Shown piece after piece: positions 52,301 through 59,965 of a stretch of 64,000 nucleotides of DNA (positions are counted from its first letter, which is position 1; every line of letters starts with the position of its first letter). This DNA comes from Methanoregula sp. (lineage in GTDB: Archaea; Halobacteriota; Methanomicrobia; Methanomicrobiales; Methanospirillaceae). The notes below the pieces were generated by a model. That model saw only the letters and a program-made list of their open reading frames with translations. It did not search any database and was not told the DNA's origin. The stretch is from positions 80,672 to 144,671 of the forward strand of contig JBDKTL010000027.1 of the NCBI GenBank assembly GCA_039698055.1. Reading direction: 5' to 3'. The position numbers and the translations under genes are program-made.

Positions 52301-55300
52301 TCGACCTGTTCCGGGTCGATCTTCAGTGATTTATCATATGCCCAGATAGCGTCCTGCGTCCGGCCGAGGTTGCTGAGCACCTCGCCTTTCTGCATCCAGA
52401 CCTCGCTTAATGACGGGTCGATGTCGAGAGCCCGGGTAAATGCCAGGACCGCATCCTGCAGTTTGCCCAGATCATTGAGCAGGATTCCCTTCTTTTCCCA
52501 GCCTTCGGCAAAACCCGGACGGATCTCAAGCACTTTTGAAAAAGCGGACAATGCATCCTGCTTCTTTTCAAGGCTGATCAGCGCATCGCCTTTCTGCAGC
52601 CAGATTTCGACAAGATTCGGGTTGAGCGCGAGGGTTTTGTCAAATGTTTCAACCGCTTCTGCATATCGCTTCAGCTGCATCAGGGAATCCCCGCGACAGA
52701 TGAGCGCTTCAATCTGCGAAGGATTTGTGGCAAGGCTCTTATCGAGCGCGGCGATCGCTTCCTCGTAACTGCCGACCCCGGCAAGTGCGATGCCCTCGTG
52801 CATGAATCCGTCAGTGAGCTCCGGATTCATCTCGGTTGCTTTGCGGAATGCGGAAATGGCATCCTCATACCGCTTTAACTGCAGGAACGCGATACCCCGG
52901 TAATACCATGACGATGCATTGGCGGGGTCGGATTCCAGCGCACGCGAGAATGCATCGAGAGCTTCGGTATACCGCTCTTTTTCGATAAGGGCAAGACCAA
53001 GGTAATGGTATGCGAGCGCATTTGACGGGTCAAGGGTGATAGAGTGTTCAAACGCGGTGATGGCTTCGTCATACCGGTCACGGCCGGCATAGGCAACCCC
53101 GAGATAATATTGTCCCAGAGGGTTGTTTGGTTCAATCACCAGCGCCCGTTCGAACGCCCGGATTGCATCGTCATACCGCTCCCGCTGGGCAAGCGCGATG
53201 CCTTTCTGGTACAGGATCTTCGGGTTGGACGGATCAATTTCAAGCGCCTGGTCGTACGAGATAACGGCTTCAAGCTGTTTTCCCAGCCGGGCCAGTGCAT
53301 TGCCCTTCTCAAAAAATGCCCGGGCACAGCGACGGTTAAGCTCAAGCACCCGGTCAAATGCCCGGACTGCCTCCTCAAACCGGCTGAGTTCTCCAAGAGC
53401 GATACCTTTGTAACACCATGCCCAGATATTTTTCGGTGCATCTTCCAGTGCCCGGTTAAAGACGGCCACGGCATCTTCGTACCGGGTTAATGCAACAAGG
53501 TCGAGGCCTTTATGGACTGCCGCCTCGATATTTTTTGGGTTTAGGAGAATGGATTTATCAAACGCTGCGATAGCCTCTTCGTGAAGGCCGAGATTGGAAA
53601 GGGCCTGGCCTTTGTACATCCATGCATCGACAAGCGCCGGGTTCTGTTCGATGACCTGCTCGAACACATCGACTGCGTCTTTGAATAAGCCGAGGTGGGT
53701 AAGTGCCAGCCCCTTGTCGTAGAGTGCGTTTGTATTCTCGGGGGCAAGGGCAAGGACATTGTTGTAGGCAGCAACCGCTTCTGAAAAACGCTCTAATTTC
53801 AAAAGCGTCGCACCGCGGTTGTAATGGGAGAGGGTATGGGTGGGATCGATTGCAATTGCATGGTCAAATGCCCGGATCGCGTCTTCCTGCTGCCCGAGCC
53901 TGATCAGGACAAGCCCCCGGTTGAAATAAGCGTTGACATAATTGGGATTGATATCAATCGCCCGATCGAACGCATCGATGGCGCGGGCATACTGGTTGAG
54001 TTTTACGAGTGCAAGCCCCTTGTCGAAATGGGCCTGGGCATAATCCGGTTTTATGCCTATGCTCTGATCGAAGGATTCAACCGCTTCCTCGTATTTCCCG
54101 GTTTTTGTCAGCAGCAGCCCCCGCTGGTGGTAGGCATTGGCATTATCGGGGTTGTCAGCGATGGTTTTTTCAAATTCGTGGATTGCGTCCTCGCTGCGTC
54201 CCAGTTTGGTCAGGGCATACCCTTTGTGGTACTGTGCATCGGAATAGTCCGGCTTGATCTTCAGTGCCCGGTCGTACGCGCTGATCGCTTCGCTGTACCT
54301 GCCAAGGCTTGCATAGGCAAGCCCCATCTGGAATGCGGCAGATGCGCAGCCGCGATCGAGGGCAAGGGTCCGTTCAAATGCATCGATGGCGTCCCGGTGC
54401 CGGCCCAGCCGGGCAAGGGCAATTCCCCGGAAATAGAATGCACCGGTATGATGTGCATCTTCTTCGATAACGTTCTGGAACGCATCGAGGGCTTCTTCAT
54501 ACCGGCTCAGGTTGATGCAGGTGATCCCTTTGCGGTACAGCGCGTCGGAATTATGGGGGTCAAGCGACAGTGCCCGGATAAAATCTGAGAGGGCATCCCT
54601 GTACCGGTTCACCCGGAAACGAGCGATCCCGCGATGGTAATAGATCGCCGGGCCGGACGGGTTTATCTCGACAGCCTTGTCAAACGCCGCGATGGCCTCT
54701 TCATAGCGCTGCAGCTCGTGCAGGGCAAATCCCTTGTACATCCATGCATCGGTGACCAGCGGATTTTTTCTTATAGCCTCGTCAAGTGCCTCAACAGCCC
54801 CGGAAAAATTACCGGTCTTAAAAAGTGAGATACCTTTTATTGCCCAGATATCTGCGTGATCAGGCTCTTCAGCAAGAAACGTATCCGCCGATTGTGCCGC
54901 TGCTGCATACTGCTCCTGCTTTGCAAGGATGAAGCTCCGGTAATACCAGACCCAGACGTCTGTCGGGTCGATGGAATACGCACGATCAAATGCTTCGAGG
55001 GCTTCATCGTACCGGCCGATATCGTACAGGGAGATGCCCATATTGTAATACGCTTTTGAATAATCGGGAACAAGTTCAATTGCCTTGCTATAGACGCTGA
55101 TGGCATCTTCGTGCCGTCCCAGATCTGCAAGGGCAATGCCCTTATTGTAGTATACTTTTGCGTGGCTGGGATCGATGGTGAGGGCATGGTCGTACGCACC
55201 GATTGCGTCGTCATATCTTCCCAGTTCGTAGAGCGCGATACCTTTGAGGATCCATGCTTCTGCATTATCGAATTTTACGGCAATCAGCCGGTCGCAGGCA

Positions 55301-55584
55301 ACAAGCGCCTCTTCGTTTCGCCCCAGCTGGGCAAGGGTGGCTGCCTTATTGTACCATGAATTGGGATCTGACGGGTCGATTGCCAGCGCTGCATCGTAGG
55401 CGACAATGGCATCTTCAAATCTGCCAAGATCGTACAGGGCGATGCCCTTGAAATAATGGGCTTTTGGAAGTTTGGGGAACAGGGCCAGCGCCCGTTCGAA
55501 CATGACGATGGATTCCTGGAATCGTCCGAGATCGTAGAGCTGGATGCCCTGCCGTAACAATGCCTCCGCATCACTTTTACTCAT
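43342..55584 (-). CDS. Giant 4080-aa tetratricopeptide-repeat protein (~118-120 tandem TPRs)
   Basis: Continuous 34-aa W/YxxKGxALxxLGRYxEAIxAFDxALxxxP periodicity from end to end; no signal peptide or other domain seen. Confidence 0.95.
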   Translation of the reverse strand: MSKSDAEALLRQGIQLYDLGRFQESIVMFERALALFPKLPKAHYFKGIALYDLGRFEDAIVAYDAALAIDPSDPNSWYNKAATLAQLGRNEEALVACDRLIAVKFDNAEAWILKGIALYELGRYDDAIGAYDHALTIDPSHAKVYYNKGIALADLGRHEDAISVYSKAIELVPDYSKAYYNMGISLYDIGRYDEALEAFDRAYSIDPTDVWVWYYRSFILAKQEQYAAAAQSADTFLAEEPDHADIWAIKGISLFKTGNFSGAVEALDEAIRKNPLVTDAWMYKGFALHELQRYEEAIAAFDKAVEINPSGPAIYYHRGIARFRVNRYRDALSDFIRALSLDPHNSDALYRKGITCINLSRYEEALDAFQNVIEEDAHHTGAFYFRGIALARLGRHRDAIDAFERTLALDRGCASAAFQMGLAYASLGRYSEAISAYDRALKIKPDYSDAQYHKGYALTKLGRSEDAIHEFEKTIADNPDNANAYHQRGLLLTKTGKYEEAVESFDQSIGIKPDYAQAHFDKGLALVKLNQYARAIDAFDRAIDINPNYVNAYFNRGLVLIRLGQQEDAIRAFDHAIAIDPTHTLSHYNRGATLLKLERFSEAVAAYNNVLALAPENTNALYDKGLALTHLGLFKDAVDVFEQVIEQNPALVDAWMYKGQALSNLGLHEEAIAAFDKSILLNPKNIEAAVHKGLDLVALTRYEDAVAVFNRALEDAPKNIWAWCYKGIALGELSRFEEAVRAFDRVLELNRRCARAFFEKGNALARLGKQLEAVISYDQALEIDPSNPKILYQKGIALAQRERYDDAIRAFERALVIEPNNPLGQYYLGVAYAGRDRYDEAITAFEHSITLDPSNALAYHYLGLALIEKERYTEALDAFSRALESDPANASSWYYRGIAFLQLKRYEDAISAFRKATEMNPELTDGFMHEGIALAGVGSYEEAIAALDKSLATNPSQIEALICRGDSLMQLKRYAEAVETFDKTLALNPNLVEIWLQKGDALISLEKKQDALSAFSKVLEIRPGFAEGWEKKGILLNDLGKLQDAVLAFTRALDIDPSLSEVWMQKGEVLSNLGRTQDAIWAYDKSLKIDPEQVDGWTRYGKSLFELGRYQDAIDAFDNAIALNQRSTEAFHYKGLALEKINRVEEAIQVFEVMLEIDPSNFDAYYHHGLALANMHDIRGAIRSFEKAIVINPTFAPAWYNKGKMLIEIGKLPEALAAMDKALEIEPSFTEVHYYRGFALQKLGRYAEAIEAFNKNLERDTSNALSYYFKGIALTKLERYAESIEVFDRALAYDPENALVHYQKGRALLGLDRHEEAIVAFDKTLRLKPKYSEARMLKGIAQYNLGKFTEALADFDKTLEENPNNFHAWYQKGRALFDLASYTDAIDAYDHALEMDSNYRDAYLHKGIALYEISQYEEAILAFDQAIGLDPHLALAHYHRGAAMLKREDYREAIKSFDRMLALVPNSAPAYHLKGVALSAEGLYQDSIDAFERALEYDPARAESALNKAISLHNLGRDDEANTSAEKAIGIRPDFAEAWYYKGVALSSLERYDAAIEAFNHSIELDPTNPHAYFDLGIAHFKLRQFPDAVTAFDQVLEQIPNYAPAFHYKGLTLAELGMHEEAVLAFSIALEITPGDVALLSAKGRSHESLHQYDLALSAFDAAQALDPGSADTAYHRGLALVELGRDHEAIEAFARTLEVDSRNTDALFQKGLAYERLEQFTDAIGAFDECAKKGLDTSRVRYEKGISLFSLKRFDDALGSFEQALESDPMNVDAALDKTVTLHELKRWEETLAAGERTIAIQPDRAEAWYYKGVALSELGRFDEASGALGEALILDPSNAHARFDLGLALIQLNRFPEAIAAFDQVIALFPQFPPAFYHKGLCLARMGNHEDAVLAFDRALDITPGDAPLLYAKGISLESLKKYKDAIAAFEASRAVNSDSSDTSYHIALCLVELGRDDDAVEAFDQTLAIQPDNTDVLSKKGFALVRLLRFSEAIDMFDRCIEHGLASTRIYYEKGMALFALRQFDEAIAVFDLALLQEPDDPGSLIQKSLALCEIKKYEEALPVLEHAVARDPENATIHFCMGSALARLSRFEDAVIALDRALEHDATNAKIWTCKGYTLYSLKRYKEAVEAFGKALKRQPKDTFVLFYRGKALLHIQRPEEAIAAFDRVLQQETRQAGSWFYKGISFSSMKLRDDALAAFETALSFDDACDSASYHRGLELMELDRVAESLPAFEQALALKPDRQEYAYHKGLALFGLGQYADAVNAFDRALGLGPEHFALQYFRGKSLMELGNYSDALIAFSHALDLEPDDPIIWLAKAQSLYKLNEFVQAVAAFEKTISLDPKSAEAEFGRGESLAALHRDDEAVAAYDTALGIDPSYYDAAYQKGLSLSRLGKPADAVKSFDAALTSAPDSAPAHYQKGLVLFNLGKYDKAIRAFKHALDYDENLTDAIYQTGLSYANLSKYENALRAFDKMLEIKPDNATVLYQKGRMLAKLLRYDETLAALEASLNIENNLVDVWLLKGSVLFELERYPEALETFERAVALVPDNIAGWYWKGKTFAGLGDFKAATTSFDRAIEADPSCAAALFHKGSALVSLGEFGPALDVLTRALEIKPGNANGWYDRAISLTELGRYDEAISSYDRALKINPKYTNAYYDKGVALAHLDRDSLAIEAFEQATAIDPHFTNAFYDKGLALLRMSKNKDSIAAFNAVIALDATYMQAFFHKGLACIRIKKYPDANSAFDAAIALNPNDYEVWFNKGLALSAMKKNEDALAALDSATGIDATHYESHYEKGRVLARLGRYAEATTAFSEANSLDSQKKEAWYERGCALYALGNDEEAVGSFAQAIDLDSQYADAYYQMARSLERLERYEEAIPAYAGILAREPDNADAWYHQGLSYVHVSQDEAAIAALEHARKLDPHNIPLLLDEGKAFARLGQHEDALHIFDIALGREPAQGEILFEKGRALASLDRHAEAEDVLGEAVTQLPDRPEPAYLRGQSLVRLERFDDAVIAFDTALARDQQNPAMWLEKGEALLNSGRFEAAIAAFDQVVILKPDNTQVFFERGVAYMSLEQFELAIGSFDQQLALTPGDPATCYERGLAFFKLKKFDEAIPAFDLALAAQPDNTDALYYRAASLAAREETYTDAVSAFDALLRIQPDRADAWYEQGQVYAHLKRYDEACTAFDRATGIRPDYFDAYLEKGRALDELNRFEDAVKSYNLALAIDPSHVQTLYRKGKALATIGRSEDAVKVFDLALEIDRHFADAQFEKGKALLSLGMFREAVKTFDKTLGIEKNYAEVYFYKGLALEKLGRYDDAIVAFNKNVDLDAGNMQAFYHKGLALATTGRHQDAIEAFDHVLALVPQSIDAWLHRGKALSDLGKFNDAIESYIHSLEIDPSNAEAWYLKGRALHALTSFEDAIEAFNKALEIRPEYVDAYYYKGRALSKIHMEKEAVIAYDNALALEPRHDEALYHKGCALLRLKHPQESVSAFDLALRVRPNYAHIWTGKGMALAALGKDKDAITCLTKAIGLDPKNAIAYYYMGISLSRIGRYQEAIKNFDASLVRRPQCAEAYYEKGRALFGISMHQEAVNSFDRALSQNEKYADAWLYRGIAEANLGRYDEALDGYAHAMALDPDSAMTQLYRGRALIELERFGEAIDALDHALTLKPEYAEALYYKGIALSKKGLYGEAIEAFDEASSKNDQYAEAFLHKGIALANLQRFDDAIHAFDAALHIQSGYTDALYEKGRALIHTERFKDALTAFDHALSVNPGMAEAIYEKGRAFFALGNPDGAIAAFDRALEINPTCSPAHYAKGKALFDQGNFDAAITEYDRALEMIPKSAALHHDRGLAYASLEQYRDAIQSYDRALELDPGAADVFVHKGNALAELGLSRDALEAFEKGIEKNPQFSAAWFGKGNAFYDLGKYADAQAAYEAGLGIDPENAIGWTRHGMALAAQKKDEDAIESYDRAISIDPSFSIAYFTKGSAYEVLGRHAEAADAFTAMLSIQPDFVDAWIHKGRALQEMEKYQEALTAFKRSIEIDPSRKEVWNDIGAILDHIGKHEEARICYEKGR

Positions 55585-55780
55585 TGACGGATATCTCTCC
55601 CTGCCCGGTATTTTTCATCAATATTCCCGTATCCACGCGAAAAAACCCCTTGTCTTAACCGTTTGAAAATGCGGTTTATACCCTTTCTGGTATATAATAT
55701 GTGTACCGGTATTTATGAATGCTATTTATAATACAATGATGTCCCGGGGTACACATATGAAGGTAACCGTCAGGTGCTCC

Positions 55781-56935
55781 TTATACCCGGGAAGCAAGAA
55801 CGCGCCCGAGCCGTTCCACTCCGGCAACAATCAGGTCGTCACGGGAGTTTGAAAAGTTCAGCCGCAGGGTGTCTGTCCCGCCGCCGTCAACATAAAACGG
55901 TATGCCCGGGAGCACGGCGACGCGTTCTTTGAGAGCGGCGTTGAACACGTCCATGGAGGAGCATTTTTTGGGAAGTGTTGCCCAGACAAACATTCCCCCC
56001 ACCGGTTTTGTCCACGTGACGCTGTCGGGGAATGTTTCGCTCATGGTCTCCGTCATCAGGGCTGCCTGTTTCTTGTATGCCGCCCGGATCTTTTGTATCG
56101 GTACATCGATATCGGTGTTTGCGAGGTACTGGGACGCGATGCGCTGGGAGAGGTAGTTGGAGTGGAGGTCGGATGCCTGTTTTGCAATGACCAGCTGCTC
56201 CATGATTTCTTCGGGTGCACATACCCACCCAAGGCGCATGCCCGGCGCAAGGATCTTGGAGAAGGATCCGGTGAGAATGGTCTGGCCCGGCAGGTAATGC
56301 CAGAATGAGTCAAGGGAGTGGCCGGAGAATTGCAGCTCGCCGTATGCATCGTCTTCGACCATGATCGTGCGGGTTCCGGCGAGGATTCCGGCCATTTTTT
56401 CCCGGCGGGATGCGGAGTACGTAATGCCGGAAGGGTTCTGGGAGTTTGGGACACCGTAAAATAATTTCACCGGGTGATGTGAAAGGACCGACTTCAGCTG
56501 TGCCAGATCGGGGCCTTCGGTTTCCAGTTCGACCGGGAAAAAGACCGGCTCGTACAGCGAGAACGCCTGGATTGCGCCAAGGTATCCCGGCCGTTCGATG
56601 GCAACGGGGTCACCGGCATCGATGAGAATTTTCCCGATGAGGTCGAGGCATTGCTGCGAGCCGTTGGTGATGAGGATCTCGTCAGGGGAGATCGACAGCC
56701 CCAGCCGTTTTTTATACCGGTCTGCAATATACTGGCGCAGGGGGAGATACCCTTCTGTCGTGGAGTACTGGAGTGCGGTTGTACCATCCTCTGTTAAGAC
56801 CTGCACGGCTGCACGGCGAATTCCTTCGACATCGATAAGCGCGGGATTGGGAAGACCTCCGGCAAAGGAGATGATCTCCGGGTTTTCTGTCACTTTTAAA
56901 ATTTCGCGGATAAAGGATTTCGGGGTCTTTATCAT
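55781..56935 (-). CDS. PLP-dependent class I/II aminotransferase (LysN/aromatic type); true start probably upstream
   Basis: SFIREIL, ISFAGGLPNP, ITNGSQQ, QNPSG, EDDAYGEL, SFSKILAPGMRLGW, GGMF, RLNFS. Confidence 0.92.
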   Translation of the reverse strand: MIKTPKSFIREILKVTENPEIISFAGGLPNPALIDVEGIRRAAVQVLTEDGTTALQYSTTEGYLPLRQYIADRYKKRLGLSISPDEILITNGSQQCLDLIGKILIDAGDPVAIERPGYLGAIQAFSLYEPVFFPVELETEGPDLAQLKSVLSHHPVKLFYGVPNSQNPSGITYSASRREKMAGILAGTRTIMVEDDAYGELQFSGHSLDSFWHYLPGQTILTGSFSKILAPGMRLGWVCAPEEIMEQLVIAKQASDLHSNYLSQRIASQYLANTDIDVPIQKIRAAYKKQAALMTETMSETFPDSVTWTKPVGGMFVWATLPKKCSSMDVFNAALKERVAVLPGIPFYVDGGGTDTLRLNFSNSRDDLIVAGVERLGRVLASRV

Positions 56936-57225
56936 CCGCCCGGCAAATTGGTACGAACCGGTCGTGCTACCGGGTCTTTGTGCAGGTATGCGTGTAGTGT
57001 CCGTTGAAATCCCTCCCTTTTATTATAGTATTTTTGGTAAAAAGAGGATAAATACGTAATGTGGCGGTTTACCCGGGTTTTTTGCCGTGAAGGGGGAGTA
57101 TGCCGACCCGCAGCCGGTTGCCGGACCGATTTGTGAACGAGCCGAAAAAATACCGTCAGCATGAAAAAAACCCACTTCAAAAGACTTTTTACCCTGCCGT
57201 GCGCACAAATCCCTAAGGTGTACTG

Positions 57226-57510
57226 ATGAAAGTCATCAAGAGTGTTGATATTATTTCCTGGGCAAAAATTCATGCCCTGTTTGGAATTGTGTTTGGCCTG
57301 TTCTATGGGATCATCTTTGCCATCATGGGCGCAGCTATCGGTGTATCTGCCGGCATGCCCGGTGTCGGTGCATTCGGCCTGATGTCGATCATTATCTTCC
57401 CGATTATGTTTGCCATTATGGGATTCATCTGCGGGGCTATCATGGCATTCCTCTACAATGTCTTTGCCGACAAAATTGGCGGCATCCAGGTCGAACTTGT
57501 CGACCAGTAA
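57226..57510 (+). CDS. Small two-TM membrane protein (DUF3566-like)
   Basis: IKSVDIISWAKI N-terminus, two hydrophobic helices, FLYN...GGIQVEL C-terminus. Confidence 0.78.
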   Translation: MKVIKSVDIISWAKIHALFGIVFGLFYGIIFAIMGAAIGVSAGMPGVGAFGLMSIIIFPIMFAIMGFICGAIMAFLYNVFADKIGGIQVELVDQ

Positions 57511-57660
57511 TCAACATTTTTTTGTTCTTTGCCATTTTCTGGTTCGGACATTGATCGCCTGAATGGAAATTGGCAAAAAAAATTAATGAAAATTCTGCCG
57601 GCATGATAATATCCCGGTAAAATGGGAATTGTTATCGTGCCAGAATTCAATCGGGGAGAT

Positions 57661-58401
57661 ATGCAGAAATGTATCTTACTCGCTCTCCTGATGATCTGCA
57701 TTGGGCTGGTCTTTTCTACCGGATGCACAAGCACGGAATCGACTGGCACGATCGCTCAGCCGACAACTATGCCGACTCCGACTCCGCAGATCATCTATGT
57801 GACCGTGATGGTAACCCCCACGGCAACAGTATCTCCCACTAATACGTCGGTTACTCCTCCACCGGTAACGGTGCAGCCAACTAGAATTATCAACAGTTCC
57901 CTTTACCGTGCCGCACCTGACGCGCCAATGATTAATCAGATAACATTCAGTACCGATAGTTGGACGCTCCCGGACTGTTACATGCAGGAACTATTTCCGG
58001 ACATTGTGAATAATCCCGATTATGGAATCAACGCATCGTACGCCAATATTACCGCACTTTCTGCCGAACAATTTAATGTGATCTATCGTGAATGGAACGA
58101 GGGGACAAATCAGAATTCCAAGATGGTAGGAGCCGATCAATGTTATAGTGCGCCAATCTATCACAAATGGGGCTTTGTGGATATTTACGCGACTTTTACC
58201 CCCCGTAATGCCAGACCCGCCAATTATGAAATCGCGACAGTTGTCCAGGGATTTGGTAAAGATTTAGGCGTTTTTACTACCACCCAGTATTTGACAATGG
58301 ACAAACCGAATGTCCGGATTACAAGTTATATCCCTTTGCGATCTGATCAAATCGGTTTTATTTCGGGTGTCAAGCTGCAATTTTACAAATTAAGCAGTTA
58401 A
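57661..58401 (+). CDS. Putative lipoprotein with Thr/Pro-rich linker
   Basis: Signal peptide ending STGC lipobox, PTTMPTPTP linker; GGGGAG SD before ATG 57661; AT-richer codon usage. Confidence 0.75.
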   Translation: MQKCILLALLMICIGLVFSTGCTSTESTGTIAQPTTMPTPTPQIIYVTVMVTPTATVSPTNTSVTPPPVTVQPTRIINSSLYRAAPDAPMINQITFSTDSWTLPDCYMQELFPDIVNNPDYGINASYANITALSAEQFNVIYREWNEGTNQNSKMVGADQCYSAPIYHKWGFVDIYATFTPRNARPANYEIATVVQGFGKDLGVFTTTQYLTMDKPNVRITSYIPLRSDQIGFISGVKLQFYKLSS

Positions 58402-58846
58402 TTTTTTTTTGATTTTTCTTTAAGATAGCACTTACATCAGGTCAAATTTCCCGCGAAGTATCATATGCATCTTAATGTCCTGAAGTCCTGTGATCCTATC
58501 AGAACCTTGGGCAGGTTATCATGATTTTTCCTGTTATTTTTCCTCTGGCATCATTTGCAAATACACCAGAATGACAATTCCCGCTATTCATTGATCAACT
58601 TTCAGTTTATATTTCGGACAATACAGCCAGACCATCGCACTTGACGTTTTTTAGAAAGTTCCCTTTTTTAGATCATTGGGTAGTCCTGATGGGGCAATGT
58701 TGCATAAATCCTTGACCGTTCGGTCAGTGTTTTGATTCAGATTTCGTGGACTGGTAGAGGATTTTAAAAATTAAAACGTTGATCGGATGATGTCAAAAAG
58801 TTCAAATCAGAAAAATGAGGTCCAGATGTTTAACCTTTTAATTTTA

Positions 58847-58919
<73 letters not shown>

Positions 58920-58998
58920 TTGACGCACCAATTATGTTGGAGGTTCACCCTATAAAAGGTTACGGCTGATCCCGGGGATGAACCGGGTAAGACCGGCC

Positions 58999-59730
58999 CT
59001 ATCCACCCCGTGCCGCGGCATCGATCGCCTCCAGGGCGGCTATGCTCGCGGTTACCCCGTCGAGGGTCTCGACCTCGACGATGGGGATGACGTTGCTCCT
59101 CGCGACAGCATCCATAACAGCCACGAAATCGATCGTTCCGGCCCCGACCGGTGAATGCGTGTCCTCGGTGCCGCTGTTGTCGTGCAGGTGGAAGTGCGCC
59201 GCCGGGTGGGTGAGGAAACAGTCCAGGCACCCGTTCAGGTTCGCGTGGCCGACGTCGAGCGCAAACCCGATCCCGTCGATGAGCGGCAGGTCCTCGCAGG
59301 AGCGCAGGAAGAAGTACTCCCAGTTCCCCATGTTCTCGACGAAGAACGTGACCGAGAGGTCGTCGGCCGCCGCCGTAAGTTCGCCGAGCGACTGCCGGAA
59401 CCTCCCTGCAGCCCGCTCCCGCTCCTGGCTCCACGCATAGTAGCCCGGGTGGATGACCACGTCCGCCCCCACCTCGGCGGCGATAGCGAACGTCTGCGTC
59501 AGGACCTCGACGCTCGCCCGCCGGATGGGCTCAAGGATGCTTGCGATGTTGACTCCCCGGGACGGCGCATGGATGAAGTAGAGATACGAGTAACTCTCAA
59601 GCGGTTCTGCGCTCTCCAGGTAGTGCAGCCCCTCATCCATCACCTCCACGCAGTCGGTTATGGGAACGAGTCTCTCGAGTGCCGCAGGGAGCGGCTCACG
59701 GTGAAGGCAGTAGGTGGAGACGCCAAACAT
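58999..59730 (-). CDS. Sugar-phosphate isomerase/epimerase, AP-endonuclease-2 TIM-barrel family
   Basis: IHAP, VVIHPG, VENM, LDVGHA, HFHLHDN...DTH, GTIDF metal-binding motifs. Confidence 0.88.
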   Translation of the reverse strand: MFGVSTYCLHREPLPAALERLVPITDCVEVMDEGLHYLESAEPLESYSYLYFIHAPSRGVNIASILEPIRRASVEVLTQTFAIAAEVGADVVIHPGYYAWSQERERAAGRFRQSLGELTAAADDLSVTFFVENMGNWEYFFLRSCEDLPLIDGIGFALDVGHANLNGCLDCFLTHPAAHFHLHDNSGTEDTHSPVGAGTIDFVAVMDAVARSNVIPIVEVETLDGVTASIAALEAIDAAARGG

Positions 59731-59965
59731 ACAGGATCTTCCGGCCGGGACGTTAAATAGATTCGGCATAGACGCCTTCGGGCGCGGTTGGGGACCAGGG
59801 GCCGTGACCGGCCCCATCCGCCCACCCGCCGTGCCGAAGAAGGCCTTCTCCGGCGATCCGGCACGCAAGATCCGTCAGGGCCGGGCGGGAATGCCCATGA
59901 CCCGCACCGGCGGCGCGGAGGACCAATCCGCATGGTTTATGATAAATCCCTCCAATATGATTGAT

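Noticed and set aside
43342-55584. 102-nt periodicity considered as a CRISPR array or DNA tandem repeat; many overlapping ORFs
   Set aside because: The periodicity is protein-level TPR coding with no identical direct repeats or spacers; overlapping ORFs are shadows
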